From assembly GCF_041956535.1 (NCBI RefSeq), contig NW_027192209.1, forward strand, positions 74,092 to 138,091: a stretch of DNA of 64,000 nucleotides, in the 5' to 3' direction. The notes under the pieces are model-generated. The model was not told the DNA's origin. It ran no database searches and saw only the letters and a list, made by a program, of their open reading frames with translations. Source of the DNA: Calcarisporiella thermophila CBS 279.70 (Eukaryota; Fungi; Calcarisporiellomycota). Below are positions 24,561 to 37,221 of the stretch, piece after piece; the stretch's first letter is position 1, and each line of letters begins with the position of its first letter. The translations under genes and the position numbers were made by a program.

Positions 24561-27500
24561 TTATAAACGTGCCCTCAATGGCTCCAGCCTAAATTTAATC
24601 TCCTTTAACTTAGCGCTCAACGGCTCCCAACGCTCGAATAACTCTCGCAGTTTTTCCAGTTCTATTCTTAGCTCCTCATCAGCAAGGATGTTTGCGTCAT
24701 CCATGACTCCGCGCATGGCCCAAGGTAGATAGAAGGGATTGCTTCGTGAACGAGCCTTGAAATCGTTAAGCACCGGGGCCGATGCGGGACAGGTGATCTT
24801 CGGTGCTTCCAGAAGGTATTGAATAGCAAGCGTGTATACACCAATCTCTTCATATATTGTTGAATGGGATTGATCGCTGTATAATGACCCAGCTAACACT
24901 TCGGATAGATGAACGAGTAGGCCATGGTCGTGAAGCCCGCGATTCCGCAGGCGCAAAGCAAAAACAATCAATTCGGTAAGAAAATCGTGCTGATATATAT
25001 GGGCATCAATGTATACTGCACGTAGGATGGAGGGGTGATTCGCTCCATGCATGATGGCAGAGTATAGCGGCACTACCTGGTCCTGTAACGACCCAACCAG
25101 TGTCAGCTTTACCCCGACCTGTAGTATGTGGGATAATGCCTCGCGAAACTTGGAAGCAATCGTCGTCGAAGAATCCATAAATTCAAATAGTTCTCGGGCT
25201 GCCGCCGCCTCAAAATATCGCACGATTAAATTCCCCTTCAACGCGGGAAAGGGTCCATGGCTTATCCCTGCCATGGCCAGCATCGAAATTGCTTGCCTCT
25301 GAGGCTCTATACGACCCTCCTGAATGAGACGCGATAAGAGCATGGCTGAGACTGGGGTGCCTTGCGAGTGTGCTACTACCAAGATTGCATCTGCCGACGC
25401 AATGGCATCACACCATGCGGCACTGCGAAGAAGATTGCGATAGAGCAGCTCAACTCGATCCTCCACCTTGCCTTCACCTTCGAGCGGGATTTGGGTGATG
25501 GCACTCTCCGGCAGGTCGACACCATGGACCTCCTGGAAGTATAAATTGAGGCTTTGTGCCATAAGCTCACAGAAGCGCGTCGAGGTACCTGTGGGCTCAC
25601 CAATTACTGATCTCACCAGCTAAGAGAAGAATAACAAAAGGCGATTACATAAGAGTTGCTGCATATAATAGAAGTTCGAGAGGCTTACTTTGGTGGGGAA
25701 CCACCCATGAACTCCGATGACAACAAACCGCTTATCCAGATTTGTGCGTGTGATGTCGTCTAAGAAGCGTGAGATGCGATTTTTTGGTCTTTTACCCGAA
25801 AAGAAATAGGTATGGAATGCATGAAGTGCGTGTTGCACTAGTGACTTGGACGGTGATGGCGAAAGCGTGGGTGGGGCCCCAAATTGCGATTCAAATGTTG
25901 GTAAAATTACGTTTTTTGCGTCTTTGCTCAATGGCTTTGTGGAGGGAACTAGCCAACCGAGTGAAGAAGCTTGAGGAGGTTTTGCCACCGGGGGTTTCGA
26001 AGAAGATTTGTCTTTCTTCAACTCTGTTGGAGCACCCAGGTTGTTTCCACTCTTGAGCGAATCCTTCGAGTGTTCTCCAATGACTACCTCATCCTTGCCT
26101 GGTTCACGCGCGCTCTTTAGTGGTAACTCATTGGTCCTTGTGTCTATGGAGACAGTGGTCTGATCAGAAGTTTTCTTGGTATTAATGGACGAAGGTGAAT
26201 TTGTTTTTGTGCTTGAAAATGGCCACCACGTAGAAGAAGAGGAAGAAGTATCTTGTTTAGGATTTCCTTTTGATTCATTAGTGTTCGAATCATGCACTTG
26301 TTGACTTTGTACGAAATCCTTGTCGACAACGGGAATGCTTGAACCCTCGCTTAGTCGCCCCTTTACATCATCTGGGTTATCTTCAGGTGATGTTGTTTTG
26401 ATGGAGCTAGGCTTTGAACGAGGGCTTGTTTCTTCACCATCTTGGTCAGGCTTGGAGCTGGAACTTGAAGACTTCCACATAGGTATCCAGGACCAGGCGG
26501 TATTAGCAGGATTAGGAGAACCATTGGAGGGTTCCTCTATGCTATTTCCGGGAAGATTTTGTGTATCTTCAGTGGTGCCAACATATGACTGATTGTTTAT
26601 ATCAGTTCCGGGGGAGACCTCTACGAGACATTCTCCATTTTCCTGGCATACACTGTTCACTGAGGCTGCCGTTACTGATATCGAAGATGGTGGAGTATAT
26701 TCTTCTTTCTTCTTTACTATATCTTTGCTTTCGCCCTCGGTTTCGTTCGATATATTCCTTTTATGCCGCCACATACTCTCGACTAACTTCTCCGTCGCAC
26801 TTGCGGATGCTGGGCTCGAACTGAGGAAAGGGGCAGCAAGCGTAGTCGTTTCCTCTGCTTCAGCTCGACTCTTAGGCGATCCAGTCATCCAGGATAAAAC
26901 CGACATTTGTGGTGCAGATGACTGGCGTCTCTCTTCGAAGGTATTGGAGGGAGTTGAACTGGGTGAAGGGTTGACAAAAGTGGGTGTGGATGAAAAAGCA
27001 GGAGAGGAAGTGACTAGAGCAGATCGTCTATGATACTTGCTTGGATATTTCCCTTGAAAAGATGAAGTAGAGTATGAAATAGAGCGCTGTACTCTAGGCT
27101 GCGGTTGCTGTGTGTCAAGTCTGGCAGGGAGAGAAACAGTTGATGCTGCAATTCTTGCATACGGTGATGATTGTTGAACTATGGGTGATGCGATTTCGCC
27201 TATATGCTTAGGAGTACTCGGTTCTGATTCTTGATGTTTTGTAGGTTTACTGGACTGCGGCTGTAGCTCTTTCGTTTCTGAAGTGGAATTAGGCATCAGG
27301 TTTATCGCCTTCCCTATTGATGACGATTCAGCCGCATTTCGGGCACCGGACTCCTTCCACCATAGCCACGACTTATACGATGATGGGGCTGATCCCAAAG
27401 AAGTTGACTGTGGGGTAGCGGATGCGACGGTGGGTTGGGATTCAATAGTAATCGGCTTCGTTTCAAAAGCTTTGCCTAACCGCTCAGTAGTCAAGGCATT

Positions 27501-27659
27501 AGTGTTGGAGTCAAGTACTGAGATAGCAGGCTCGGATTGTACATCTCTCTGCACCGTTGTATCAACAGGTGAATTGGTGGAAATATTTTGTACTGTTGTC
27601 GAATTCGCGGTATTAGAATAAGATGTAAAAATTGGAGACCACCATGAAGACCGATCCAT
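24561..27659 (-). CDS. YML020W-like protein: long disordered S/T-rich N-terminus plus C-terminal alpha/beta-hydrolase-like domain
   Basis: VVIGVHGWFPTK|LVRSVIGEPTGTS across one intron (~25620-25688), AHSQGTPVS nucleophile-elbow-like motif, MAGISHGPF, DQVVPLYS, NPFYLPWAMRG. Ends RARL*. Confidence 0.8.
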
Positions 27660-28330
27660 TAAGCAAGCCTATGTCTGTCTCCTTTGTTCTGAGGGGATTG
27701 CCTTTCTATGTGGAGGGGGGAAAGGGTGGAAGTCTATAAAGGGAGTATTTAGCCAGACCAACACTTCTTAGAATTAAGGGTCTTCCCAGATTCTCAAGTT
27801 CAATTTGCACGTGCTGGTCAGAGCTTCCATGCTCTTGTTGGGGGCGGCCATTTTAAAATAACCACACGAGGGAGAACAAATTTGCGTGTTCATTATTATG
27901 CCAATTGAATAACAAATAGTGGCAATAAGGCATGTTATCGTCACAACCTTTGTTATTATACCTATCACATTATTATTTGATATATACCCAACCCACTTTT
28001 TACATGCAAATGCACGCTTATAACAGAAGAATTAGTCGACATTTGACGCTTCCGAATAAAACACGTGCAAACATCAGAAAATATGGGAGTTTAATATGGC
28101 AAATAATGTTTAATATCGGTTCTCTAATCAGGTAGCAACAGCTGAAAACGTCTCTTTTGAAGAGAGAAGAAAATTCAACTATAATATTTCTAAAACTATT
28201 TCAATCCTGAGTATTCAATCATTAAGGCCTATTTAAATTTATAACAAACGCCATGCACAGGTAGTTTATTTTGTCCCGAAAGTATCAATTCGTATAGGCT
28301 AAGCTCAAGTTTTCCCCTATTACTTCTGTT

Positions 28331-31300
28331 CTAATCTTTCTTTGCTTTTCCATCTTTCTCCTCCTCTTTCTTCTCTTGGCCTTTCTCCTCCTCTTTTACA
28401 CTCTCCTTGGCCTCATATTCCTGCACTTTAGACTCCAATTTTCGCACCTTCCCCTCCAGCTCCTCCACCCTACGAATTATCGTGTTGCTCCAGTCAAGCC
28501 AACCGCCACTTGAATAGGCCCGCAAGCCATTCAAACGTCTATTCAACCAGGGATGTTCTTGCGCTGGTAATGTTGCGCGAACAGCTTCAATATCGTCTAA
28601 TGCTTGAGTGGCACCTAATTCCACTAGAGCTTCGACGGCGCTAATGCGCACTGATTCTGTGGGGTCGCGGAGCATGTCCACGAGAATCTCAATAGCTTCC
28701 TGTTGATGCCGTTTCTCTTGGCGGCGGGCACTTGAGCCAATGGCTCCGGGGAGATAGGAACGAATGCTGTAAGGCTCCAGTGAGGGAGATTTGCGAGTAA
28801 GGAGGTACTGGAATGCCTCAAAACTGCGGTGAACTCCCAAGGCTAATTAAAGGGAAAATTAATTGAATTATGCTTTGAAGGCAATAATATTCAAATAGCA
28901 AGTGTGTAATCCTTACCTCGCAAGGCTCCAGCACGTATCAGCCCATGTTGGCCGATCAAACCATCATCCTTAGCAACATCCAATATAATTTTCAAATCTT
29001 CTGGATTTTGCTGTACTGCCAGACTTTGCAGAGTGGCAGCGTGCGCACGATAAGGTAGTTCTTCTCGTTGCAAGAAGCTAAGTAAAGCTTGACGGAGATT
29101 TTCATCTCTGATTCCGCATGAAGTTGCAATGCTTGCCATCGCCATTGGCTCCGATTCGTTAAGGAGCATCTCTCCTAGAATCTCGAGACCGAATGCGTTT
29201 TTATTGGACGAGAGAGTCTCCGCGACTAAACAAGAAAATATCCAGGAAACATTATCACAAACGCATCAAGAATTTTTTAATTTGTTAGTTGGTATAGTAC
29301 CTTTAACGCGAACACCGTAGAATGGCTCATTTGCAACAAGTGTCTTCACTTTTTTCAGCGCAGCCCTGCTTCCCACTCCAATTAATTGTGCGTATGCCCA
29401 GGACCTGTTAAAAACGTCCTTGGCGTTCTTAGCTGTTGCCTCCAAGATGTCCTCACCAGGCTGGAGACCTTCCAACGAGAAAAGTACTTTCCCTTCAGGA
29501 TCAACCCTGATTTGTGCGGGCTTCGCATTGCCAAGCCTTAAAACGGCCACCGCCCTCTCGTTTTCAAATCGTACTGTAGTGGAATACACTTTATCTTCAG
29601 CATCGATGACCTCGACATCCAAGTCGAAATGGAACACTTTTGGCACGTTTGTGTTCGGCTGGTGTTGAGTCTGTTCAAAAGCAATTTGCACAGTATTATC
29701 GCGTGTGGAGTGTTCATACGAAGCCTTGAGCTGGGGGTATCCAGGAGAGTAGATCCATTCATCAAAGAAGCGAGTAAGATTGAGACCAGAGGCGTCTTCT
29801 AGGCAATGCTTGAATTGCTCGGTCGTGACTGTTTGGAAACGGCGTGCTTCGAGGTATTTATGAACACCCGCCCAGAAAGCATCGTCCCCGAGCAATTTGC
29901 GCAACATATGAATGCGCCAAGCTCCTCCAGGATAAAGATGCTGATCAAACATCTTCCACGAATGATCATATTTATTTGTCACAATCGGGCGCTGTTAAAA
30001 CGAAGTAATTAGTAATTAGTAGCTAACCTAGTGGTTGATAATTTCGAAAAATTACTTGATAACGCTTGCATTCGTCAAAGTATTGTTCGGCATTTCGCAT
30101 TAATTCGAAACGCATATCCTCGATCGTATTGTGATCTTCGATATACAGGACTTCGATGTAGGTAGCCCAACTCTCTTTTAGCCAAGCATGTTCAAAATGA
30201 CGAATGACAGTCATATCACTATCAAACATAAAGCATAAAATTTTCCTTCTTTCAATATCGATAGCTTTCAGTACTCTTACCCAAAATAAGTATGACCCAT
30301 CTCATGAATATTGATTGCGTCAATAAGCATTTCTCTCTCTTTTACCAGGCGCTCGTCCATGAGGACTGTGCCGGCCCAAGTCACAAGTGAGATGCATTCC
30401 ATGGCACCAGAAATGTTAGGTAGCGCAATTTGATAATATTTTGGCCAAGGCATTGGTTGCTTCAATTTTTCAGTGAGCCAACGTATCATCTTTGGAGTTT
30501 TTCCGAAACTACGGCGGATGTCGGCATGGGGCACTCCCTTAGCAGCATAATACTAGACCGATCATTGGTAACAGTATTAATAATTACTACAGATATATAT
30601 ATGAGAGAATATGAGCTAATATATTATTATATACTTTTACAGGGACCCCGTCCACTTCGCCATCATCCACTTCCTCAAACTCGCCAACTGCAAAGCAAAT
30701 CAGGTAAGATGGGCTAAAGATAGTTGGTATTAGCACTAATTAGTGGTGTTTGCGCTTTTTTAAGAAAATATATGGTTCTTCTACCAAAGACAATCTAAAT
30801 GCCAGCGAGTAATTTTCATATTCCCTTGGGATTCTTGCCCAATCAACTTTCCGTTAGCAAGTGCAATGGTGGTTGCAGGATGAGTAATAGTAAACGCAAG
30901 TGTGGTTCGTACTATCGGGAAATCGACGCACGGGAGCCAGTGGCGACATCTAAGCGTTTAGAAGAAAATTTAGAAAAAATAACGCGTAATTTAACTAATT
31001 ATACAAAATTGAGTTGCGCGTCTTACCTTTCAGTTTCATGATCGCTGATTACAAACTGTGCTTTCGACGGTGTCTGATCTGGAGCCGAATAATACAACCC
31101 GGCAATAGGGTTATCTGTCAGGTATTCGACTGTTACCTTGCGCTCTTCGCCTGAAGTAAAGGGGGTTTCCCACTCGAGGCGCAGCTGCTTTCCATCATAA
31201 GTGTGATTCACTTTTTCATCCAACACTTTCAAGTCTTCGAAAGCGATTGCGTTAAGAATGATGGACGAGCGGTCGTGAACATTCGCGGTTGCAACACGAT

Positions 31301-31652
31301 TGTTGTTTTTAAAGGTGGTTGTAACCTTAGCTTTACAGATACGACTGGTAAGATCATCGAAGCGAAGATGGATGTCTATAGGAGAATGATAAAGGTGTAA
31401 AAGATTAATATCCCGTCCACGAGACGATTCGAAACTGAAATAGAAATACACTTTTGTATATTGTTTTGCAAAAATAAAAGCTAATGTTCCAATGCGGACA
31501 TAGAGTCTGGAATTGATGGAGGAAACATCCTCTCCTTACATACCAATATGCACTGGCTCCAGTACGGTATCAGGCGCGTAATGACGCTCAGCATCGGCCA
31601 AAGTGAATCCGTCGACACCCGACTTTTTATGTTTGCAGGCGAATGATGGCAT
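28331..31652 (-). CDS. M1-family zinc aminopeptidase with C-terminal HEAT-like repeats and coiled coil; multi-exon
   Basis: Start MPSFACKHKK...ERHYAPD. Motifs: RHWLPCVDFP, ANG, PSYLICFAVG, GAMECIS, HEMGHTYFG, WLKESWATY, HLYPGGAW, NLTRFFDEW. The exons I traced in 30.5-31.0 kb splice in frame. Confidence 0.88.
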
Positions 31653-31970
31653 ACTCGAGGAGAATGTAAATAGCGTTTCTATACTAAACTTTAGGAAAAT
31701 AAAGAGAATATATAGCAGCCTCTACGGATATCGGACCGCGATGGTCGCAGCTTATTAGCCCTGCATAAATTTCGAATTTTGTCGACGTCAAAAAGGAATG
31801 AATCATCTCGGAGCCATTTTCTGCAGTATTTAATTATTAATTTTTTAAACTGTTATTAATGCTGTCCTACCAATATTATGCTGCATTATCAAAGACATAA
31901 TTGCCGAGTGTTTCATAATTGGAAAATAGCGTACTTTTCACCTGAAAAAAATCATAATACTGCTTCCATT

Positions 31971-32717
31971 ATGTCGACCGAAAAGAATTCAGCACATTCG
32001 AAATGGAACATTAGCAGGGCATTGACCATAATTCAGGCAGCTTCTGGTAATCACCTTTCTGACAATTTCTATGCCAATTGACAAATTCGAATTACTGTAG
32101 GCTTAACATTCCAAACATTTCTCACACTTCATTTCCTCACTCATCTCTCTGCCAACATCAGCATCGATAGAGCAAATGCTTTGATCAAAGTATTTCGCAC
32201 CTACTACCAGAATCCGGCCGTAGAAGGGGTAGTGGTGGCGGGCAGTGCATTTGTTCATATTGTTTCGAGCTTCGCAAAGGTATATCTACGTCGGCGATTA
32301 AAGGCGTCCTTGGACGAAGCGAATAAAGATAAAATGAAGGAAAAGCGTGCCGGGCCACTGCTTGAACTGCCCTCGGCGCGCCAGTTGCACCATTGGGCGG
32401 GTTATTTTTTGGCCTTTTTCATTATCCCGCATACATTCGGCACTCGATTTGGTCCTGATGTCCCAGCAGGAGGGATGGACATGTATGGAATTCGTAACAT
32501 TTTAATCCATGAAGGGATGGTATTTTATCCCGGGTATATTCTTGCTGCTTCTGCAGGAATATATCACATGGTGCTAGGAGGGTTATGGGGATTACGCAAT
32601 CTCAGTTTTATTAAGATACTCAAGTCGAAAAATCAGGGCCGCATAGTAAATTGTGTGATCATAGTATCCACCCTAGGTGTTATTTCGTCTCTGTTAACAA
32701 CGGGTGGACTATGGTAA
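31971..32717 (+). CDS. MCP1/DUF1691-like multi-TM mitochondrial membrane protein; exons 31971-32046, 32101-32717 (3' end uncertain)
   Basis: QAASG|LTFQTFLTLH, RTYYQNPAVEG, VHI, LHHWAGYFL...IPH, and YH. This His-bearing helix pattern resembles DUF1691/Mcp1. Confidence 0.65.
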
Positions 32718-33288
32718 TTTGTGTGCATATGCAGATTTAAGTAGATTTGCCCCTGAGTTTTACAGTGTAATTTACATAAACAAACTTTTAATAGTCTTAG
32801 TTGAAATATATAAAATTTATTAAATTAGAGCTTGAATGTTCCAGACATTACTGCACGACTCGCTATGGATACAAAATGATAATACCTATAAAATATAACC
32901 TTGCATTAGTAAAGGCCCGATTATTAATGTCGAGTTACAAAAAAAGGGGTAAATGTCAGAAGGAAGGCAGTAAATATTCGTGGAATTTCAACACAGTTTG
33001 TCTGATAAAGCGCAAACATCCGAATTTTTCATCTTTCATTTTGGAATAAATGTGCAGAAATCATAACAGTACTTACCCTAGAAAAAAAATACAAAGAAAG
33101 AGATAAAGTTAACAACGCGAATTAAACGGTTAGCATTTATATAGTCACGAAAATACCTCACTGTAAACAACCGATTTCATTTCTCTAGCCACTTTCGACG
33201 TCACCAAATGTTTTCAAAAGTCGTTTCTGTGCCAGGGGTTATTTCTCTTCATTTCAGTATCGGTTCATCAAATACCGACTTTCCCAGA

Positions 33289-33844
33289 ATGATCCGTTCC
33301 ATTATCTCTCGTCCGGCTGTCCGCCAAGTGGTCGCTCGCCGCCAGGCATCCTCTACTCCTACTATTGCCAATATTGAAGCTCGCTGGCGTTCTCTTTCCT
33401 CCGATGAGCAGCGTATGGTTGCACGTCAGGTAGAGGAAATCCAAAAGAATGACTGGACGAAGTTGTCGCTAGAAGAGAAAAAGGCCGGTAAGCATCTACT
33501 AATTTTTGAAACCTGGCCGTTTTCTATTTCATCTGAATTTCTCGTTGCATTTTGCTCACTGATTGGAACAATCTGTAGCTTACTGGGTTGCTTTTGGCCC
33601 CCATGGACCGCGTGAACCCCTCGAGAAGGGTCACGGCACCAAAGTTTTCTTCGGAGTCGTTGCTTCGCTGGCCGTCTCAACCGCCTTGTTCGCTTGGATC
33701 CGTTCCAAGGGTCAAGAGACACCTAAGACTTTGTCGAAGGAATGGCAAGAGGCTACAAATGAGTACATGAAGGGTCAGAAGAGTAACCCCATCTCTGGTA
33801 TTTCATCTGAGGGATACTCTGGAAAAGGATATGTGTCTTCGTAA
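33289..33844 (+). CDS. COX5: Cytochrome c oxidase subunit Cox5 (COX4 family); exons 33289-33487, 33579-33844
   Basis: Arg-rich presequence, IANIEARW, DWTKLSLEEKKA|AYWVAFGPHGPR, TLSKEWQEATNEY, NPISGISSEGYSGKG. Confidence 0.95.
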
Positions 33845-34041
33845 ATTTGTTGTAAGGATTTTCTTTTAATCTTCTAGAATGAAATATATACAAAATATTT
33901 TCTCGCTTTATTTCCTTTACTTCAGGAAAAGAGTAAGGTCAAATATCTCTGATCTAAATATTTTCCCATTCTTCTTTTATTTGATAAAAAAAATAAAAAT
34001 AAAAATAAAATATATAAAAGAAAGAGCTATTACTTAAACTC

Positions 34042-36707
34042 TTATTTATTGCTTCTCGCTGTCTCCGTTGCTTCTCCTTCGTTTTTGTGTGTAACGACAA
34101 TTGGCGGCTGGTCGACAGGCTCTCGAACCACAGGTTTCCACATACGTAATTTGTACCGTTCACTAGTGTGATTCTGTAGTACTTCCTGAGCTAGTGCAGA
34201 GCTCTTGAACACTGCAAGCACCTTATTGTTAGAGTGTTTAATAGTCGCACCAGGAAGCTCAACATCCTCAAGCGAATCATCAGATGAAAACTGGTAGAGT
34301 TCAAGGATATGAGTCGGGCGAGGGGGTTCGATTGCTTAGTAAAGAAAGAAGAAAGTGTTATAGGTTGTGTAAAATTTCTAAATATAATACGATCTACCTT
34401 CAGAGGGTTTAACCCCGTCATATGGCATCTGTACCGAATAATCATACAAAAGGTTTGGATCCTTTCTTTTGCCGCCACCTCCACCTCCACCTCCGCCTGC
34501 GCTTCCTCCATTCTGTGACCGCTTACCTCCTCTCCCATCAGGTGAGGGAGGGGTCTTCGGCTTCCTTCTGTTTTGTCCTTGCTGCTGCACTTGCGTCTTG
34601 GTAGGTTGACTCGGATCAAACAATTGTCGCGAGCGATGAGTTCTGGGGGCTGGTTGTGTCTGTGCACGATGGAATGAGGGGGCCACCGTGGGAAATGGAT
34701 ACTCACCCATCGCCCCGATAACATTCGGGTCTGCTTGCGGAGAGTAGTGTGCATGAGAATGGTAAAGGGGAGTAGGGCCGCTGAGACTGCGGCGCGCCAT
34801 TGGCGCTCCTGGAGGTTGGACGGCTAAAGGAGCGGGTATCGCGGGAATCATATACATAGGAAATTGAGTAGCAGGATAATCGGACTGCGCTGCATGAGCA
34901 TCCCACCGCTGATTGTAGGGAAACTAGTATATTAAAACGGCTTGTCAACAAAACCTTCGACTAAATAAAAAGTTGTATTCAATTACTTGTGGGCTAGAGT
35001 TTCCACTCATTCCCCGTGCCACCTCTTTTCCTGGCGTCGATGCTCGGCCTCCCCATTCTTCCGTCGGTGACGGATTTGCCATCATATGAGGAGATCGGGG
35101 GACGATGTTGGGAGCCATGTATGGAGATGGAACATTGGGTTGGTTCGTGTATGGTGAGCTCGGCTCGTTTGCAGATTTCATGTCTCCATCATCCTGTTGA
35201 CTTTGTTGAGAAGGGGCAGCTGTTTGAGTCACAGTATTCGGCGGAGGTAGGGGGGTAGGATATCCGAATCCCGGATAGAATGGTTGGGCGAGATATCCAG
35301 TTTCTGCAACATTGTCACTCCATCCCACTGTTGTTCCAGCTGCTTGTTGGGGCCGATAAGAGGATCCAGTCCATTCGGGGCTCAAATGCTGTTGAGGGAG
35401 TGGTGGTGCTTGAGAAATATATTGCCCAGAAGATATGTCAAGTGTTCCCATTTGTTGCTGCAGCATTACCATGCCATTCCCAAAGTCATAAGGTCGCATC
35501 GCCTGAGGGGGCGCAGGTGTATAATATGGCGAATATTGACCAACTGGGGCTAACATCACAGGGCTTGCGGAAGCTGCAGGTGCACCATAAGGGCTTGGTG
35601 GATAGCTTGTATGCTGATACCATGAATGAGGAGGTTTTGGACTCCGTCGTTCTGAGTATTTATTATTCCAAGAGCGAGGTTTATTACTAGTGGCAGCAGT
35701 GCTAGCACGATCTTCTTTACCGGAATCTGTCGAGGGAGCCTCAGAGAAGTCGGCTGATGTGGCGGTTGTAGTAGTGGGAGAGTTTGTGGTGGTGGTTGTC
35801 ACTGAGATAGGGTCATTCTCAATGTGATTATTTAATTCTGGGCACTTCTTCTCCTCTAGGTCTTTGAATATTCTAGCACGAGCCTTGGCATAAGCGGCCT
35901 CTCTCTCCTCAATTGTCATATGCTTTTTCTCTGCTTCGGAATAATTTTCTGTGTTATCGCTTGATGCAAGCTGTGTAGAAGTAGCTGAATGTGTGGTTGG
36001 ATGACGTCGCATAATTTTGAAGGATTTTTCCTGACGCACATCCTCCTGTTCCATCAAATCGGTGAAGCGCAAGAAGGGTCTATAGGTTAGGGATAGACAT
36101 TAGGGAAGGTATACAATGTACAAATAGTGTACATATAGCTACATTTCCGTATTCTCGTTTTTATACAATACAACTGCTTTCTTTGTACCATCGACAACGT
36201 GAGATAATTTAAAATAAGCTGCAGCCCTGTGGACTATCAATCTATGGTAAGAGTTCATCTGAGGGAAATCGAGTCTTGTTCGGCTGCATTTAGAACGAAT
36301 GAAAAGTTAATACAATTCTGACAAAAGCCATGTTCAAATTGTTACAACCTTGAATCTGAGATGAAGCGTTCCATTTCCTGATCTAGTTTAAGTAAAAACA
36401 TACGATCTTTAGGGTTTTTCAGTGCAGCAAGTAGAAATCCGTCAAGATCGCCGCTGGAAGATATGCACGTTGAATCCTGTCCATCTTCAGTGAGAGTCTG
36501 CTCAGGAGTGTCAGGTATTGATGCCGCATTCATTTCTTGATCTGGTCTAGCAGTTTCCGAATTGTCCACAGAAATATCAACGAGTTTATTGTCCTTGTTC
36601 GATTGGTTGGTAGGCTATAATGGATGACGTTAGAGATCAGATGATGGGATGGAGAAAAAATTCCAAGCAGATTAAATACATACTTCGAGCGAAGTGGATT
36701 CTGTCAT
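34042..36707 (-). CDS. R3H + SUZ domain RNA-binding protein (Encore/R3HDM/Rbs1-like) with C-terminal RRM-like exon
   Basis: ALKNPKDRMFLLKLD, FPQMNSYHRLIVHRAAAYF (R3H), FKIMRR and TIEEREAAYAKARARIF (SUZ). Last exon PTHILELYQF...VLAVFKS ends at TAA 34042-34044. Confidence 0.85.
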
Positions 36708-37221
36708 CGTCAGAAAAGCGCTAAAAACATTGAAGAATATTTTACACGTAATGGGATGCTAAAAGAATAAAAAGGAACTAGAGACTGTGCAATACACAAT
36801 ATCCAAAGGGGGTCGGAAAAATGAGTGAGGGTGGAAATTTTTTGAAGTTCCAGGCGGCAAAATTCAAATACTATCAAAGAGGATGGCACAAATTTTGTAT
36901 ACAAGTTATAATAGAAGAAGATAAAAAATAATAAATGGCAGAAAAGAATAATCAATTTAACATCATCAGTAAAAAAAAAACTGTCCACACGATCTTTAAG
37001 TCCTTACTCTTTTTTTACTTAACCATCGCACAGAATAATGGGCGAGCTGAATTCGAATTGGTTTCTGTGTGAGAGGATTTGTTTACACTTTTGCTCTGCC
37101 ACATCCAAGCAGCAAAAGGGTGAAAGTTTTGTTTATAATTTTTTCTCCCCTTTCTTACTTTCTTCGCTCTTATAGCTATATTTCAAAGAGTGTCAATTAA
37201 TTGACGAGAAGAGATATCATC

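Noticed and set aside
33884-33891. Pumilio-element-like TGTATATA in 3' regions (minus strand here and at ~52053-52060)
   Set aside because: These lie in TA-rich low-complexity UTR sequence where such matches are expected by chance.
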